Source of the DNA: an uncultured Prevotella sp.
GTDB lineage: Bacteria; Bacteroidota; Bacteroidia; Bacteroidales; Bacteroidaceae
Length of the DNA: 64,000 nucleotides
Assembly: GCA_964640415.1 (NCBI GenBank)
Contig: CAZXGQ010000002.1
Coordinates: 1,297 to 65,296 of the forward strand
Direction of reading: 5' to 3'
Below are positions 26,182 to 36,242 of the stretch, piece by piece. The position numbers and the translations under genes were made by a program. Numbering within the stretch: the stretch's first letter is position 1; each line of letters begins with the position of its first letter. The notes beneath the pieces were generated by a model that saw only the letters and a list, made by a program, of their open reading frames with translations, was not told where the DNA came from and ran no database searches.

Positions 26182-27591
26182 TTATTTCACCTCAGCGGCA
26201 CCGGTCGTGAAGTTCAGGTATGCCTTCTGACCAGCGCTCACGTTCAAGCGAGCTTGGTCGCCGCCCTTGCCACGGTAATCGATCTTGCCGTTGGCAATGA
26301 TGAACTCTGTCTTCCACCAGCCGTCTGGGTCAATGCTGACACACATGCGGAGCTCTGCATCCTTGGCAAAAGCAGGAGACACGAATTGGCCATCCTTCGT
26401 TGTCGGCACGGTGAACTTGTGGCTTGCGTCGACGTTCCACTCGCCGGCAGCATCGCCAATCAAGTAAACGTTTGGCTCAAGGACCTCGAATATACGCTCT
26501 GTGCCATTGGTGACATGGAGAAGGTACCAGCCTGCCTTGCCTGCAACGAGGTTGCCGTCGGCACTGCTTGTGATGCCTGCACCTGCCACGTCCTTGACAG
26601 TGGTGTCGGTATAACCGAAGTCGTTGCCCCAGCCTGCCTGAGGAGCGAACTTGAACTGCTCGCCTTCTGCCAGATACACTACTGTCCAGAACTGGTCGTC
26701 GGTACCGTAGATTGGAATCAACTGCCTCCAGTCGCTCCAGCTGTATTCGCTGCCGGTCATGTACAGTTCTGTAGGCGCAGCCTCAATAGAGTAGGTGTAG
26801 TCCATCATGTTGATGGTCAAGATATACTTGCCAGCCTTGGCAATCTTGCCTGCACCGCAACCTTCGTTGACCAATGAACCGCTCATGGAGTCGTCGCCGT
26901 CTACGGAAGGACCCACAACACCCGGGTTAGCCCAGAATTCGCCATCCACGTTCTCCTGTGGGATGATCTTCCAGTACTGGTTGTCGGCAGTGGTCTCGAA
27001 CGAAACCTTGAACACAGGGTCGTCGTACACATTGTCGTCGCTGTGGGTGAACTTAACCATGCTACTGGCATCCCAGCCCAACATGTCGCCTACGAGATAG
27101 TAAGCTGAAGAGATGTTAGGCTTAACCAATGTGACCAATGTCTGAACTTCGTTAGACTTGGCATAGAAGGCCTGGCCGTTCTGCTTCAGCGATGCGACCA
27201 CTACGGTTTGCAATGTGCGCTGCTCAGGTGCCTTGCCATAGAGAGATTCAACCACACTTACCAAGTCGGCCTTTGCCACCTTACCGGTGGTGCTGGCATT
27301 GATTTCCTGTTTGCTGACTATGTTGCCGCTCTCGTCTGCCTTTCCCAGCTCCACCTTATAGCTAACCACGCTCATTGGGTCTTGACTTTCAATGGAAGCC
27401 GTGAACAAGCTGATGGAGTCGGCGTCTACCGTGGCCATGTCGATGGCTGAGGCAGGAGTTACCGTAAGGGCAACATTCTTGGCCTCATCCTGTGGGTATC
27501 CCTGCGGGTCTGCCCAGTCGTCGTAGTCGCCCTTGCAACTGCTGAAGAGTGCAGTTGCGAGGACCATACCATATATTAATGACTTTTTCAT
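26182..27591 (-). CDS. SusF/SusE-family outer-membrane starch-binding lipoprotein
   Basis: 469 aa with lipobox ALFSSC and repeated W/Y-rich beta-sandwich modules. It sits after the SusE-like gene in a susCDEF-type order. Confidence 0.75.
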   Translation of the reverse strand: MKKSLIYGMVLATALFSSCKGDYDDWADPQGYPQDEAKNVALTVTPASAIDMATVDADSISLFTASIESQDPMSVVSYKVELGKADESGNIVSKQEINASTTGKVAKADLVSVVESLYGKAPEQRTLQTVVVASLKQNGQAFYAKSNEVQTLVTLVKPNISSAYYLVGDMLGWDASSMVKFTHSDDNVYDDPVFKVSFETTADNQYWKIIPQENVDGEFWANPGVVGPSVDGDDSMSGSLVNEGCGAGKIAKAGKYILTINMMDYTYSIEAAPTELYMTGSEYSWSDWRQLIPIYGTDDQFWTVVYLAEGEQFKFAPQAGWGNDFGYTDTTVKDVAGAGITSSADGNLVAGKAGWYLLHVTNGTERIFEVLEPNVYLIGDAAGEWNVDASHKFTVPTTKDGQFVSPAFAKDAELRMCVSIDPDGWWKTEFIIANGKIDYRGKGGDQARLNVSAGQKAYLNFTTGAAEVK

Positions 27592-27615
27592 TATTCAAAT
27601 GCTTTTAGAGTGTTA

Positions 27616-28806
27616 TTACTTGCTGTAGAAGTGGTAGTAACCGGTGATGTCGTTGAAGATGACGGTGTAAGAACCTGCCTTGACAGGAATGTTGGCACCG
27701 TTGTTGGCACCCCATCCGTATGGGAAGCCGGAGCCACCCCAGTTAGGATTCCATGAGCTGTCTACGAGGAACTTCACTTCTGTGTCGGTATCTGTTGTCA
27801 GGTCATATTTCCAGACGTGTGGCTTGGCGCCTGCCCAAGTGTCAACAGGAGTCATCTGCGTGTCTGTGCCCCAACTGTTGAATCCGCCGGAGATGCACAT
27901 TGTGGCATACTCTGCAGGCTCATTGTCGGCAGCCACGATAGAGAGGCTGTTGGTCTTGGTGTTCAGCGTGATGGTGTAGTAACCCGGTGAAGGAACCTTG
28001 AAGTCGCCGCCTTCGCCGCTGTCGTCCTTCTTCTTAGGCTGAGTGATGTCGCCGTCGGTGCCGCCCCACTGGTCTGCCCATTCGCCTGGAGTCTTCACAA
28101 TCTTGAAGCCACCGAGGTCTGAGGTGAAGTAGCCGGTGTAGGTGAGCACGCCCTGACCTGTAGTCTCGTCGTAGGTCTCGCCCTCAACAGGGCACATTGG
28201 GAACACGGCTGTACCAATCTCCGAGCCCCAGCTACCATCACCGACGCAAGCACCGATAAGGTACCAAAGCTCCGGGTCGGCAGCAGTCAAAGCCTGGTAG
28301 AACGGCTTGACGTTCAGCTTGACAACGTTGGAAAAGCACTCATAACCAGAAGAGAGAGTGGCCCTCATCCTTACATATACATCGACGTTGGAAGGCAATT
28401 CTGCTTCGGAAGAATATCCGCCCATCTTCATCACAGCCTTGTTGATGGCAGCAGCGCTGGCATTGGTCTTGGCCTTGTTTGAGTAGCCGTCCAATTCCAT
28501 GTAGTTGGGTGTTTCAGCGGCATTGCCGTCGGCATCCACGGCTTCGGTCCAGTTGTCTGTCAGCGACACCTGTGTATAGTATGACACGGCAGCGGTGAAG
28601 CCGTAAGCCGGCTGGCTGTATGTCAACTCCAGCGAGTCGCTGTTCGCCAGGTCGTATACGTTGCCTGCATAAGCCGGTGTGTTGAGCACGAAGCTCTCAG
28701 GCTGGCTGATTGTCGGGTTTGAATCATTGTCGTCTGCGCAAGACGTGAAGCTGAATGCTGCGACACAGGCGAACAATGACGCTAAAATATATTTTTTCAT
28801 GTTCAT
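27616..28806 (-). CDS. SusE-like outer-membrane lipoprotein
   Basis: 396 aa with lipobox FSFTSC. The N-terminal SusE-type segment (FVLNTPAYAGNVYDLANSDSLELTYSQPAYGF) lies directly downstream of susD. Confidence 0.8.
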   Translation of the reverse strand: MNMKKYILASLFACVAAFSFTSCADDNDSNPTISQPESFVLNTPAYAGNVYDLANSDSLELTYSQPAYGFTAAVSYYTQVSLTDNWTEAVDADGNAAETPNYMELDGYSNKAKTNASAAAINKAVMKMGGYSSEAELPSNVDVYVRMRATLSSGYECFSNVVKLNVKPFYQALTAADPELWYLIGACVGDGSWGSEIGTAVFPMCPVEGETYDETTGQGVLTYTGYFTSDLGGFKIVKTPGEWADQWGGTDGDITQPKKKDDSGEGGDFKVPSPGYYTITLNTKTNSLSIVAADNEPAEYATMCISGGFNSWGTDTQMTPVDTWAGAKPHVWKYDLTTDTDTEVKFLVDSSWNPNWGGSGFPYGWGANNGANIPVKAGSYTVIFNDITGYYHFYSK

Positions 28807-28821
28807 TTATTCTTTAAATGA

Positions 28822-30447
28822 TTAATAACCAGTGTTCTGCTTCAGGTTCGGGTTGTTGGACAACTCGTTGACTGGCAATGGGAAGATGTTCATGTAGCTT
28901 GGGAACTGGTTGCCCTCGTAGGTGCCACCCATCCATTCCCACTTGTACTTCGACTGTCCGGCAAACTTTCCGAAGCGGATCAGGTCCATGCGGCGACGGC
29001 CTTCAAGCCAGAACTCACGGCTCCACTCGTCGCAAACCTCGTCGAGCGTGTAAGTGTTCTTCAGTGTGGCGTTGGCACGTTCACGGAGCTTGTTGATTTT
29101 GGCTGCTGCGTCGGTGTTGCCTGCAGCTCCGTTCTTGCGGATGGAGGCCTCGGCATAGGTGAGGTATGCCTCTGCGATACGCATCACAGGAAGGTCGGTG
29201 TTCACGAATTCAATCACGTCGTTGCTGCTGCCGTCGGAGTTCACATTGCGGAACTTCACACTTGAGTAGCCGAGGTTTTCGTCGGTACCTTCGTCGGTCA
29301 CCGATTCGCTGATGCCCTGGTTGAAGAACAATGCGCGGTCGTCGTTGGCGGCTGTGGTCATATCCTTCAGTGTGGCTGCCTCGGCTGGTGTGCCGGTAAA
29401 GAACTTGTCTACCAGCTGCTTGCGCAAGCGGATACACTTGCCCCAGCTGTTGTTGGCACCGGAAGGAGCGTAGCTGTCAGTAGAAACCTTGTTTGAGTAT
29501 GCGGCCTGAACGAGGAAGTTGGTACCGCCGTAGCTCTTGGTCTTGACACCGTCGAAGAGACCCACAACGAGGTTCTCATACTGTGCACCGTTCTTGTTGT
29601 TGTCTGCCAAGAACAGCATCTGGTATGGAGAGTAAACCTCGCCGGTAGTCGGGTTGACCGAGCCGGTTTTGTTCAGGTGGTAGTAGCCGTCGTTGATTAC
29701 CTTCTCGGCATATGTCATGGCATCGTCCCAGCGGGCTGTACCAGTATAGACCTCTGCATTCAGGTAAAGGCGGGCAAGCAGGTTCCATGCGGCCACACGG
29801 TCGGCACGGCCGTAGGTTGTGGCGCCCGGCTCTGCCATCTTCTCAGCACAAGCTTTCAGCTCGCTCTCCACATAGTCGAACATCTGCTGGCGGTTGTAGT
29901 AGGCGGCCTTCTCTGAAGACACGGTCTCGGTGAATGCACCACCACCGTAGAGGTCCATGACGTCATAATAGTTCAAGGCACGGATGAAGCGAACCTCAGC
30001 GTTGCGCTGCTCGGCATCAGATGCCTTAACGTCCTGCTGCAGATAGAAGTTGCAGAGGGTGATGGTGAAATAGAGGCGGCTGTAGAGGGCTGCTGAGAAT
30101 ACGCAGCTCTCACCCCATGCGTTGTGCAGCAACTCGGGGATACCGGCGTCGGTAGCCCATACCCAGTGAGCCTCGTCAGAGGTAAACTCGTTCAGATACC
30201 ACTTGCTGCGGAAGTAGTCGGAACGGCCCTCATCCACATCCTCGATATCGCCGTTGCCTGAAGGGCCCGACTGGCCTGTAAGGCTGAAACTTGCATAGAT
30301 CTTGTTGAACAAGGCATCTCCGTCAAGCTCCATCGTCTGCTGCGGGTTGATAGGATCCACATCCAGGTCACCCACACAAGAGGTCATGCCCAGAGTGAGT
30401 GTCAATGCTGCAGCAGGTATGATTTTTTTCAATATATTCATTTTCAT
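28822..30447 (-). CDS. susD: SusD-family starch-binding lipoprotein
   Basis: 541 aa with lipobox LGMTSC and a SusD/RagB fold composition. It is immediately downstream of susC. Confidence 0.9.
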   Translation of the reverse strand: MKMNILKKIIPAAALTLTLGMTSCVGDLDVDPINPQQTMELDGDALFNKIYASFSLTGQSGPSGNGDIEDVDEGRSDYFRSKWYLNEFTSDEAHWVWATDAGIPELLHNAWGESCVFSAALYSRLYFTITLCNFYLQQDVKASDAEQRNAEVRFIRALNYYDVMDLYGGGAFTETVSSEKAAYYNRQQMFDYVESELKACAEKMAEPGATTYGRADRVAAWNLLARLYLNAEVYTGTARWDDAMTYAEKVINDGYYHLNKTGSVNPTTGEVYSPYQMLFLADNNKNGAQYENLVVGLFDGVKTKSYGGTNFLVQAAYSNKVSTDSYAPSGANNSWGKCIRLRKQLVDKFFTGTPAEAATLKDMTTAANDDRALFFNQGISESVTDEGTDENLGYSSVKFRNVNSDGSSNDVIEFVNTDLPVMRIAEAYLTYAEASIRKNGAAGNTDAAAKINKLRERANATLKNTYTLDEVCDEWSREFWLEGRRRMDLIRFGKFAGQSKYKWEWMGGTYEGNQFPSYMNIFPLPVNELSNNPNLKQNTGY

Positions 30448-30470
30448 AAAGCTTCTACATTATTATATAA

Positions 30471-33400
30471 TTAGAAATTCAAGTTGAGGCCGAAGACGCC
30501 CGTGAATGGGCGCGGATAGATGTTTCCGTCGTAGCCGCCGTTGATTTCCGGGTCGATGCCCTTATACTTTGTGATGGTAAACACGTTCTGTGCTGTGGCA
30601 TATACACGGCCACTGACTGGAAGACCAAACAGCTTTTCGAAGCTATAGCCCAACGTGATGTTGTCACACTTCAAGAAAGATGCGTTCTGGATGAAATAAT
30701 CAGACAGTGCGTCTTCCGTTGACACATACTGCCAGTTCTTCGGCATGGTCATGTCGGTCACGTTGTGCCATGTGTTGCCGTTGTAGAGGCGTTCCACCGA
30801 GATGTTCGAACGGCCAGCCTCCACTGCATTGTATGCGTAGTTGCCGAGGCTTGCACGGAGCGAGAAGCCGAAGTCCCAGTTTTTGTACATCAGCTTTGAG
30901 CTGAAGCCCATCACCACGTCTGCGTCTGCCTTCTTGTAGAAGTAGCGGTCGGCAGAGTTGATGACACCGTCGCCATTGCGGTCAACAAACTCGCCCTCGA
31001 CAGGCTGTCCGTCCTTGTCGTAGACCTGCTGGTAGGTGTAGTAGGCCGATACAGGGTGGCCCACTGCCCAAGCCTGGATACCGTCAGAACCAGAGTCGCC
31101 TACGGCAAGACCGCCGTGGAGAATCTTGTAGCTGGCATCGTCGCTGGCCACGAGCTTGTCGATGTTGTTGAGGTTGTATGTGAGATTGTAGTTCACCTCC
31201 CATCTCCAATCCTTGGTCTGGACAGGACGGATAGTTGTAGAGAACTCGAAACCTTGGTTGTGAAGCTCACCGATGTTGCTTGTCACCTTGTTCTTGAAGT
31301 TGCTGCCGGCAGAAACGTATACAGTATTGATCAAGTCGGTGGTCTTGCGATAATAGTAATCGAAGCTGGCGGTGATGCGGTCTCTCAGGAAGCTAAGGTC
31401 GAGACCTGCGTTCCATGTTGTGGTCTTCTCCCATGTGAGGGCATCGTTGTATGCATCCGGACGGTAAGTTGTGCCGTCGCCCACGATTGGATAGTAACCT
31501 CCGAGACCGTTTGTGGTATATGAGGCGAAGTAGGTGTAGTCGCCGATGCCTTCCTGCTGGCCGGTCTTACCCCAACCGAGACGGAGCTTCATGTCGGACA
31601 CGGCATCCACATTGCGGAGGAACGACTCTTCCTTGATTTTCCAGGCTGCTGCCACTGATGGGAACAAGCCCCAGCGGTTGTTCTTGTGGAAACGTGAAGA
31701 ACCGTCGTCACGCAGGGTGAATGTCAGCAAGTAGCGATCTGCCAATGAGTAGTTCATGCGGCCGAAGAAGGATACGAGATAGTTCTCGGTCTTGTAGAGA
31801 GTGTTCTCAGACGGGTCCTTGATTTCACCGGCGTGCTCCTTGTTGGTGCTGGGATATGTGCCGTAGTAATAGTAGTCGGTCTTCTTGTGGAAGTGCTGGT
31901 ACTCGTAGCCTGCCATCACGTCGAAGTGGTGGATCTTGGCAAAGTCCTTCAGATACTGGGCATACATGTTGAGCGACAGGTTGTAGGTGTCCTGCGTGTT
32001 CCAGCCCTGGCTGCCATAATAATAGTTGTCGTAGTTGTAGCGGCTGTAGTACTTGTTGCTCTTACCGCTCTTCAAGTCCATACCGCCGTTCACGTGGAGG
32101 TGCAAGTCCTCGAAACCGTGGATCTTATAGTCGAGCTCCAGGTTGCCGCTCAACTCCTTGCCCTTACCCTTGTCGTCGGATGTGTTGAGATAAGCCACCG
32201 GATTGCGGGTTGAGAGTGAGTTGATGGAGTATTTCCAGGAGTCGTCGTTGCGGTCTACCGGACTGCTGTACTGGAAGTATCCGCCGAAATTCTGGTTGTA
32301 GAACTCGCTGTCGATGGTCACGGGCTTTGTCGGGTCCATCTCGCCGGCTGCGCCGATGGCGCTGGTGTTGGCATATGATGTCTTAGAGTACATGCCCTTG
32401 GCGTTGAAGTTCACGGTCAGGTGATCATTGAAGAACGTTGGGTTCAAGTTCACGCTGGCAGTGTAACGCTCGAAGTCGGATGTCTTCAAGATACCCTGCT
32501 GGTTGGTATAACCGAAAGACACACGGTATGGCAGGTTCTTCACTGCACCTGTCAACGTGATGTTGTGGTCGGTGGAAACGGCAGTGCGGTAGATCTCATC
32601 CTGCCAGTCGGTATTGGCGAAGAGATGCTGTGCGCCGCTGGCCGGAGTGCCGTCCGAATTGTATGCGCTCCAGTAGCCCAGGCTCTTGTAGTAGTCGCTG
32701 TTCTCCCATTCCTCTCCGTCGAGTCCGCTTCTTTGCTTTACGAAGTTGATGAATTCGTCTGCGCTCAGCACGTCGAGCTTGTTCTTGACTGTGCTCACGG
32801 AGACATTGCCGTTATAAGAAATGGTTGGCTTCATGTTCTTGCGGCCCTTCTTGGTGGTGATGATGATCACACCATTTGATGCACGGCTACCGTAGATGGC
32901 GGTGGCGGATGCGTCCTTCAAGACTGTGAAGCTCTCGATGTCGTTAGGGTTGACGAGGTTCAAGGGGTTAGACATACCCTGCATGCCATAGTTGTCCATG
33001 GCAAGACCGTCGATTACGATCAACGGGTCGTTGGAGGCGTTCAATGAAGAACCGCCACGGATGCGGATAGATGCGCTGCCGCCAGGCTCACCGCCGCTGT
33101 TCATGACGTTCACACCGGCAATCTTACCCGTGATCATGTCCTGTGCACTCACTTGGAGTCCCTTGTTCTTGTCGTCCGGCTTGATGGCCGTGACAGAACC
33201 CGTCAGGTCGTTCTTCCTGGCAACACCGTAACCGATGACCACGACCTCGTTCAAGGCCTTGGAGTCGTCGGTGAGGGTGATGACTGCGCCGTCAGATGCT
33301 GACAACTTCTGCGGTGTCATGCCGACATAGGAGATGGTAATCTCGGTGCCCGGCGCCACGTTAATGGAGTAGTTACCGTCGAAGTCGGTCACGCCCACGG

Positions 33401-33566
33401 CCTTGCCGTTGGCAGTGATAGTAGCGCCAATGACTGGTTCACCGGTAGAGTCTTTCACATGTCCCTTGACCGCATTAGTCTGCGCCCAAGAGCTTACAGC
33501 CAACAGCAGCCCGCCGGTAAGGACGAGGACCCTGCGAGGCATCTTGAATTTTACCTGCTTCATCAT
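30471..33566 (-). CDS. susC: SusC-family TonB-dependent outer-membrane transporter
   Basis: 1031 aa. It has a carboxypeptidase-regulatory-like N-domain (VKGHVKDSTGEPVIGATI), a plug (TonB box / NEVVVIGYG) and a C-terminal ...GLNLNF ending in an aromatic residue. Confidence 0.9.
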   Translation of the reverse strand: MMKQVKFKMPRRVLVLTGGLLLAVSSWAQTNAVKGHVKDSTGEPVIGATITANGKAVGVTDFDGNYSINVAPGTEITISYVGMTPQKLSASDGAVITLTDDSKALNEVVVIGYGVARKNDLTGSVTAIKPDDKNKGLQVSAQDMITGKIAGVNVMNSGGEPGGSASIRIRGGSSLNASNDPLIVIDGLAMDNYGMQGMSNPLNLVNPNDIESFTVLKDASATAIYGSRASNGVIIITTKKGRKNMKPTISYNGNVSVSTVKNKLDVLSADEFINFVKQRSGLDGEEWENSDYYKSLGYWSAYNSDGTPASGAQHLFANTDWQDEIYRTAVSTDHNITLTGAVKNLPYRVSFGYTNQQGILKTSDFERYTASVNLNPTFFNDHLTVNFNAKGMYSKTSYANTSAIGAAGEMDPTKPVTIDSEFYNQNFGGYFQYSSPVDRNDDSWKYSINSLSTRNPVAYLNTSDDKGKGKELSGNLELDYKIHGFEDLHLHVNGGMDLKSGKSNKYYSRYNYDNYYYGSQGWNTQDTYNLSLNMYAQYLKDFAKIHHFDVMAGYEYQHFHKKTDYYYYGTYPSTNKEHAGEIKDPSENTLYKTENYLVSFFGRMNYSLADRYLLTFTLRDDGSSRFHKNNRWGLFPSVAAAWKIKEESFLRNVDAVSDMKLRLGWGKTGQQEGIGDYTYFASYTTNGLGGYYPIVGDGTTYRPDAYNDALTWEKTTTWNAGLDLSFLRDRITASFDYYYRKTTDLINTVYVSAGSNFKNKVTSNIGELHNQGFEFSTTIRPVQTKDWRWEVNYNLTYNLNNIDKLVASDDASYKILHGGLAVGDSGSDGIQAWAVGHPVSAYYTYQQVYDKDGQPVEGEFVDRNGDGVINSADRYFYKKADADVVMGFSSKLMYKNWDFGFSLRASLGNYAYNAVEAGRSNISVERLYNGNTWHNVTDMTMPKNWQYVSTEDALSDYFIQNASFLKCDNITLGYSFEKLFGLPVSGRVYATAQNVFTITKYKGIDPEINGGYDGNIYPRPFTGVFGLNLNF

Positions 33567-33686
33567 TTGCTTTTAATTAAGTTTGAATTTATGTTTTAGT
33601 TTTTCATTTTCAGCTTTGCGTTTGCAAAGTTATAGCGAATATATTGACGTGGGTCAATTTTTAACACAAAAGCGCAATTATGCAAA

Positions 33687-33700
33687 TGCAATCGTTTGCA
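33687..33700. promoter_or_regulatory. Candidate LacI-family operator TGCAATCGTTTGCA
   Basis: Near-perfect 14-bp palindrome matching the generic LacI/CcpA-type pattern TGnAAnCGnTTnCA. It lies in the susC / amylase divergent region. Confidence 0.4.
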
Positions 33701-33817
33701 TACAACGGTTTCAAGGAAACGGAATCTGGCTTAAAGCCGTTTTTCGCGCACGTGCATATTATATAAAAGCATTACAGGAAAGCATTTCCACGGACAAAGG
33801 TGCAAGACGCACATCGA

Positions 33818-33833
33818 GCGCAAACGTTTGCGC
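33818..33833. promoter_or_regulatory. Candidate LacI-family operator GCGCAAACGTTTGCGC
   Basis: Perfect 16-bp palindrome with a CAAACGTTTG core. It lies about 50 bp upstream of the candidate amylase -7 box. Confidence 0.45.
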
Positions 33834-33879
33834 ACTTTTTTGCCAACTTGATTTAGGTCATGCAGAAGCCGCACAATTA

Positions 33880-33887
33880 TATTTTTG
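33880..33887 (+). promoter_or_regulatory. Candidate -7 box TATTTTTG for the amylase gene
   Basis: TAnnTTTG match 47 nt upstream of ATG 33934. Confidence 0.4.
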
Positions 33888-33933
33888 TAATTTCGTGGCA
33901 TAAACGAACTTATAACAACTTATATCTCTTAAT

Positions 33934-35787
33934 ATGAAACACTTATTTACCCTCATTCTGACTTTAATGGGGTTGCCACTCGGCATTATGGCACAAGGGT
34001 GGCCTGCCAACTACAGCGGCGTGATGCTGCAAGGATTCTACTGGGACAGTTACAATGACACCCAATGGACCAACTTCACCTCGCAGGCCGACACATTGTC
34101 GAAATACTTCAAACTGATATGGGTGCCGCAAAGCGGATGGTGCAAGAGCACTACCAACATGGGCTACTACCCCATTTATTGGTTCAACCAAAAGAGCGCA
34201 TTCGGCAGCGAGCAGGAACTGAGAACCATGATCAGCACACTGAAGGCCAAAGGCACTGGCGTCATTGCCGACGTGGTGGTAAACCACAAGAACGGCGTGA
34301 GCAAATGGTGCGACCTCGCAAACGAGACCGTCACCGGCACGAACACGGGCAAGACATACTCTGTGTCGTGGGACAACAGCAGCTACGCGCAAATTTGCAA
34401 AGACGACGAAGGCAACACTAACTCGAGCTCGGAAGCGAAGGGAAAGGTCACGGGTGCGGCCGACACAGGACTTGGCGACGGAGGTTGTCGCGACCTCGAC
34501 CACACCAACTCCACGACGCAGCAGAACATAAAGACCTATGAGGATTTCCTCATCAACGAGATGGGCTATGCGGGCTTCCGTTACGACTTCGTGAAGGGTT
34601 ACGACCCTAAGTATATCCAGATGTACAACGAGTATGCCAAGCCGCAATTCTCTGTGGGCGAATACTGGCAAGGCTCCGTGACCGACACAAAAAGCGGCGA
34701 CCATCCATTCGGTGGCGTGAAAGACTGGGTGGAGGCAACCGGCAAGACTAGCGCGGCCTTCGACTTCCCGATGAAGTACCTTATAAAGGAAGCCTTTGGC
34801 GGCAACTGGAATGCACTTGCCAACTATACCACAAAGACACTCGTGGCGAAAGAGCCGCAATACGCCGTGACTTTCATCGACAACCACGACACCGGGGAGC
34901 CGCACGACAATCCCGACCCTCAGCGCGCCAACATCGAGGCTGCCAACGCCTATATACTCGCCATGCCCGGCACGCCTTGCATTTGGCTCAGCCACTGGCA
35001 GTCGTACAAATACACCATCAAGAGGTGCATCCTCGCCCGACAGATAGCCGGCGTGACCAACACGAGCTCTATTGCCAAGTCGGAAGGACAGACCAACGGC
35101 TACGTGCTCATCGTTAACGGCGACAAGGGCAACGTGCTGCTGCTCCTCGGCTCGCCAACCTACGACACAACCGGATACCAGCTCGCTTGCGAGGGCGAGA
35201 ACTTCAAATATTATGTTTCAAGCGGCCTCGACATCAGTGAGGTGAACAAGATTAAGCAAGAAAGCACAGGCAACGTAATACCGTCGTTCTGCACGGTCAG
35301 CGACGGGGAGGTCTGCGCATTCTTCGAGCAACCGGCAACCAGCAGTTGGAAAGGAGACAACATCACATGTTGGGCATGGGACAACAACGGCAACTTCACA
35401 AACAAGACGTGGCCGGGCAGCGATTGCGTGAAGGTCGGCACTACTTCTGACGGCAAGACCGTATGGAAATGGACTTGGGACGGGAAATACTACAAAAACA
35501 ATGTCGCAACAACAACCACAAGCATACCTACCAATATCATTTTCACCAACAAGAAAAACAACAGCTCGGGCGTACAGACCAACGACATGCAGTTCAAGAA
35601 CGGCAACTATTATGGCGTGAACATTGTATATGGCAATGTCATTGACAACGCAACCGGCATAAGCAACGTCAAGGTCAACACACAAGACAACGATTCCTGG
35701 TACACCATTTCCGGCTCGCGTATGGCAAGCAAGCCGACGCAAAAGGGCGTGTACATCCACCAAGGCAAGAAAGTCGTAATAAAATAA
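33934..35787 (+). CDS. GH13 alpha-amylase with C-terminal T9SS sorting domain
   Basis: 617 aa with an SPI-type signal peptide. GH13 regions are VIADVVVNH, GFRYDFVKG, EYW and FIDNHD. The last approx 45 aa (WYTISGSRMASKPTQKGVYIHQGKKVVIK) have the type-A T9SS CTD pattern. Confidence 0.9.
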   Translation: MKHLFTLILTLMGLPLGIMAQGWPANYSGVMLQGFYWDSYNDTQWTNFTSQADTLSKYFKLIWVPQSGWCKSTTNMGYYPIYWFNQKSAFGSEQELRTMISTLKAKGTGVIADVVVNHKNGVSKWCDLANETVTGTNTGKTYSVSWDNSSYAQICKDDEGNTNSSSEAKGKVTGAADTGLGDGGCRDLDHTNSTTQQNIKTYEDFLINEMGYAGFRYDFVKGYDPKYIQMYNEYAKPQFSVGEYWQGSVTDTKSGDHPFGGVKDWVEATGKTSAAFDFPMKYLIKEAFGGNWNALANYTTKTLVAKEPQYAVTFIDNHDTGEPHDNPDPQRANIEAANAYILAMPGTPCIWLSHWQSYKYTIKRCILARQIAGVTNTSSIAKSEGQTNGYVLIVNGDKGNVLLLLGSPTYDTTGYQLACEGENFKYYVSSGLDISEVNKIKQESTGNVIPSFCTVSDGEVCAFFEQPATSSWKGDNITCWAWDNNGNFTNKTWPGSDCVKVGTTSDGKTVWKWTWDGKYYKNNVATTTTSIPTNIIFTNKKNNSSGVQTNDMQFKNGNYYGVNIVYGNVIDNATGISNVKVNTQDNDSWYTISGSRMASKPTQKGVYIHQGKKVVIK

Positions 35788-35790
35788 CCA

Positions 35791-35827
35791 CTTTGCAGGG
35801 GCGGACCCTGTGCCCGTCCCTGCAAAG
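35791..35827 (+). terminator. Hairpin downstream of the amylase gene
   Basis: CTTTGCAGGG ... CCCTGCAAAG, a 10-bp stem starting 4 nt after the stop codon. There is no clear T-run. Confidence 0.5.
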
Positions 35828-35929
35828 CATACCACAAATCCGCAGAGAAGCGTGCCTTCGTCCATAGGGGCATAAAAAAAATCCGGCATAGACCGAAGTC
35901 AATAACCGGATTAGAATGAAAGGAGGAAG

Positions 35930-36002
35930 TGGTACCTCTTGGAGTTGAACCAAGGACACATGGATTTTCAGTCCATTGCTCTACCACCTGAGCTAAGGTA
36001 CC
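35930..36002 (-). tRNA. tRNA-Phe (anticodon GAA)
   Basis: Minus strand reads GGTACCTTAGCTCAGGTGGTAGAGCAATGGACTGAAAATCCATGTGTCCTTGGTTCAACTCCAAGAGGTACCA. All four stems pair perfectly. Confidence 0.92.
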
Positions 36003-36165
36003 ATTTGGTTTGCAAATCAGAGAAGTTGTTGTTTCTGTTTTGCGAGTGCAAAGGTACTGCTTTTTTTGAAACCCCACAAACTTTTCGGCGTTTTTTTTCA
36101 AAAAACTTTTTTTTGCCGATTTATTTCTTCTTTATGAAAAAAAATCATACCTTTGCAACCACTTT

Positions 36166-36238
36166 CGGGATGTAGCGCAGTTGGTAGCGCACTACGTTCG
36201 GGACGTAGGGGTCGCCAGTTCGAGTCCGGTCATCCCGA
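36166..36238 (+). tRNA. tRNA-Pro (anticodon CGG)
   Basis: CGGGATGTAGCGCAGTTGGTAGCGCACTACGTTCGGGACGTAGGGGTCGCCAGTTCGAGTCCGGTCATCCCGA. The anticodon loop is TTCGGGA. There is one A-C mismatch in the T stem. Confidence 0.85.
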
Positions 36239-36242
36239 CAGA

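Noticed and set aside
36211-36230. An A-C mismatch in the T stem of tRNA-Pro(CGG) as evidence of a pseudo-tRNA.
   Set aside because: All other stems, the anticodon loop and the T-loop are canonical, and a strong terminator follows. A single mismatch is tolerated in many functional tRNAs.
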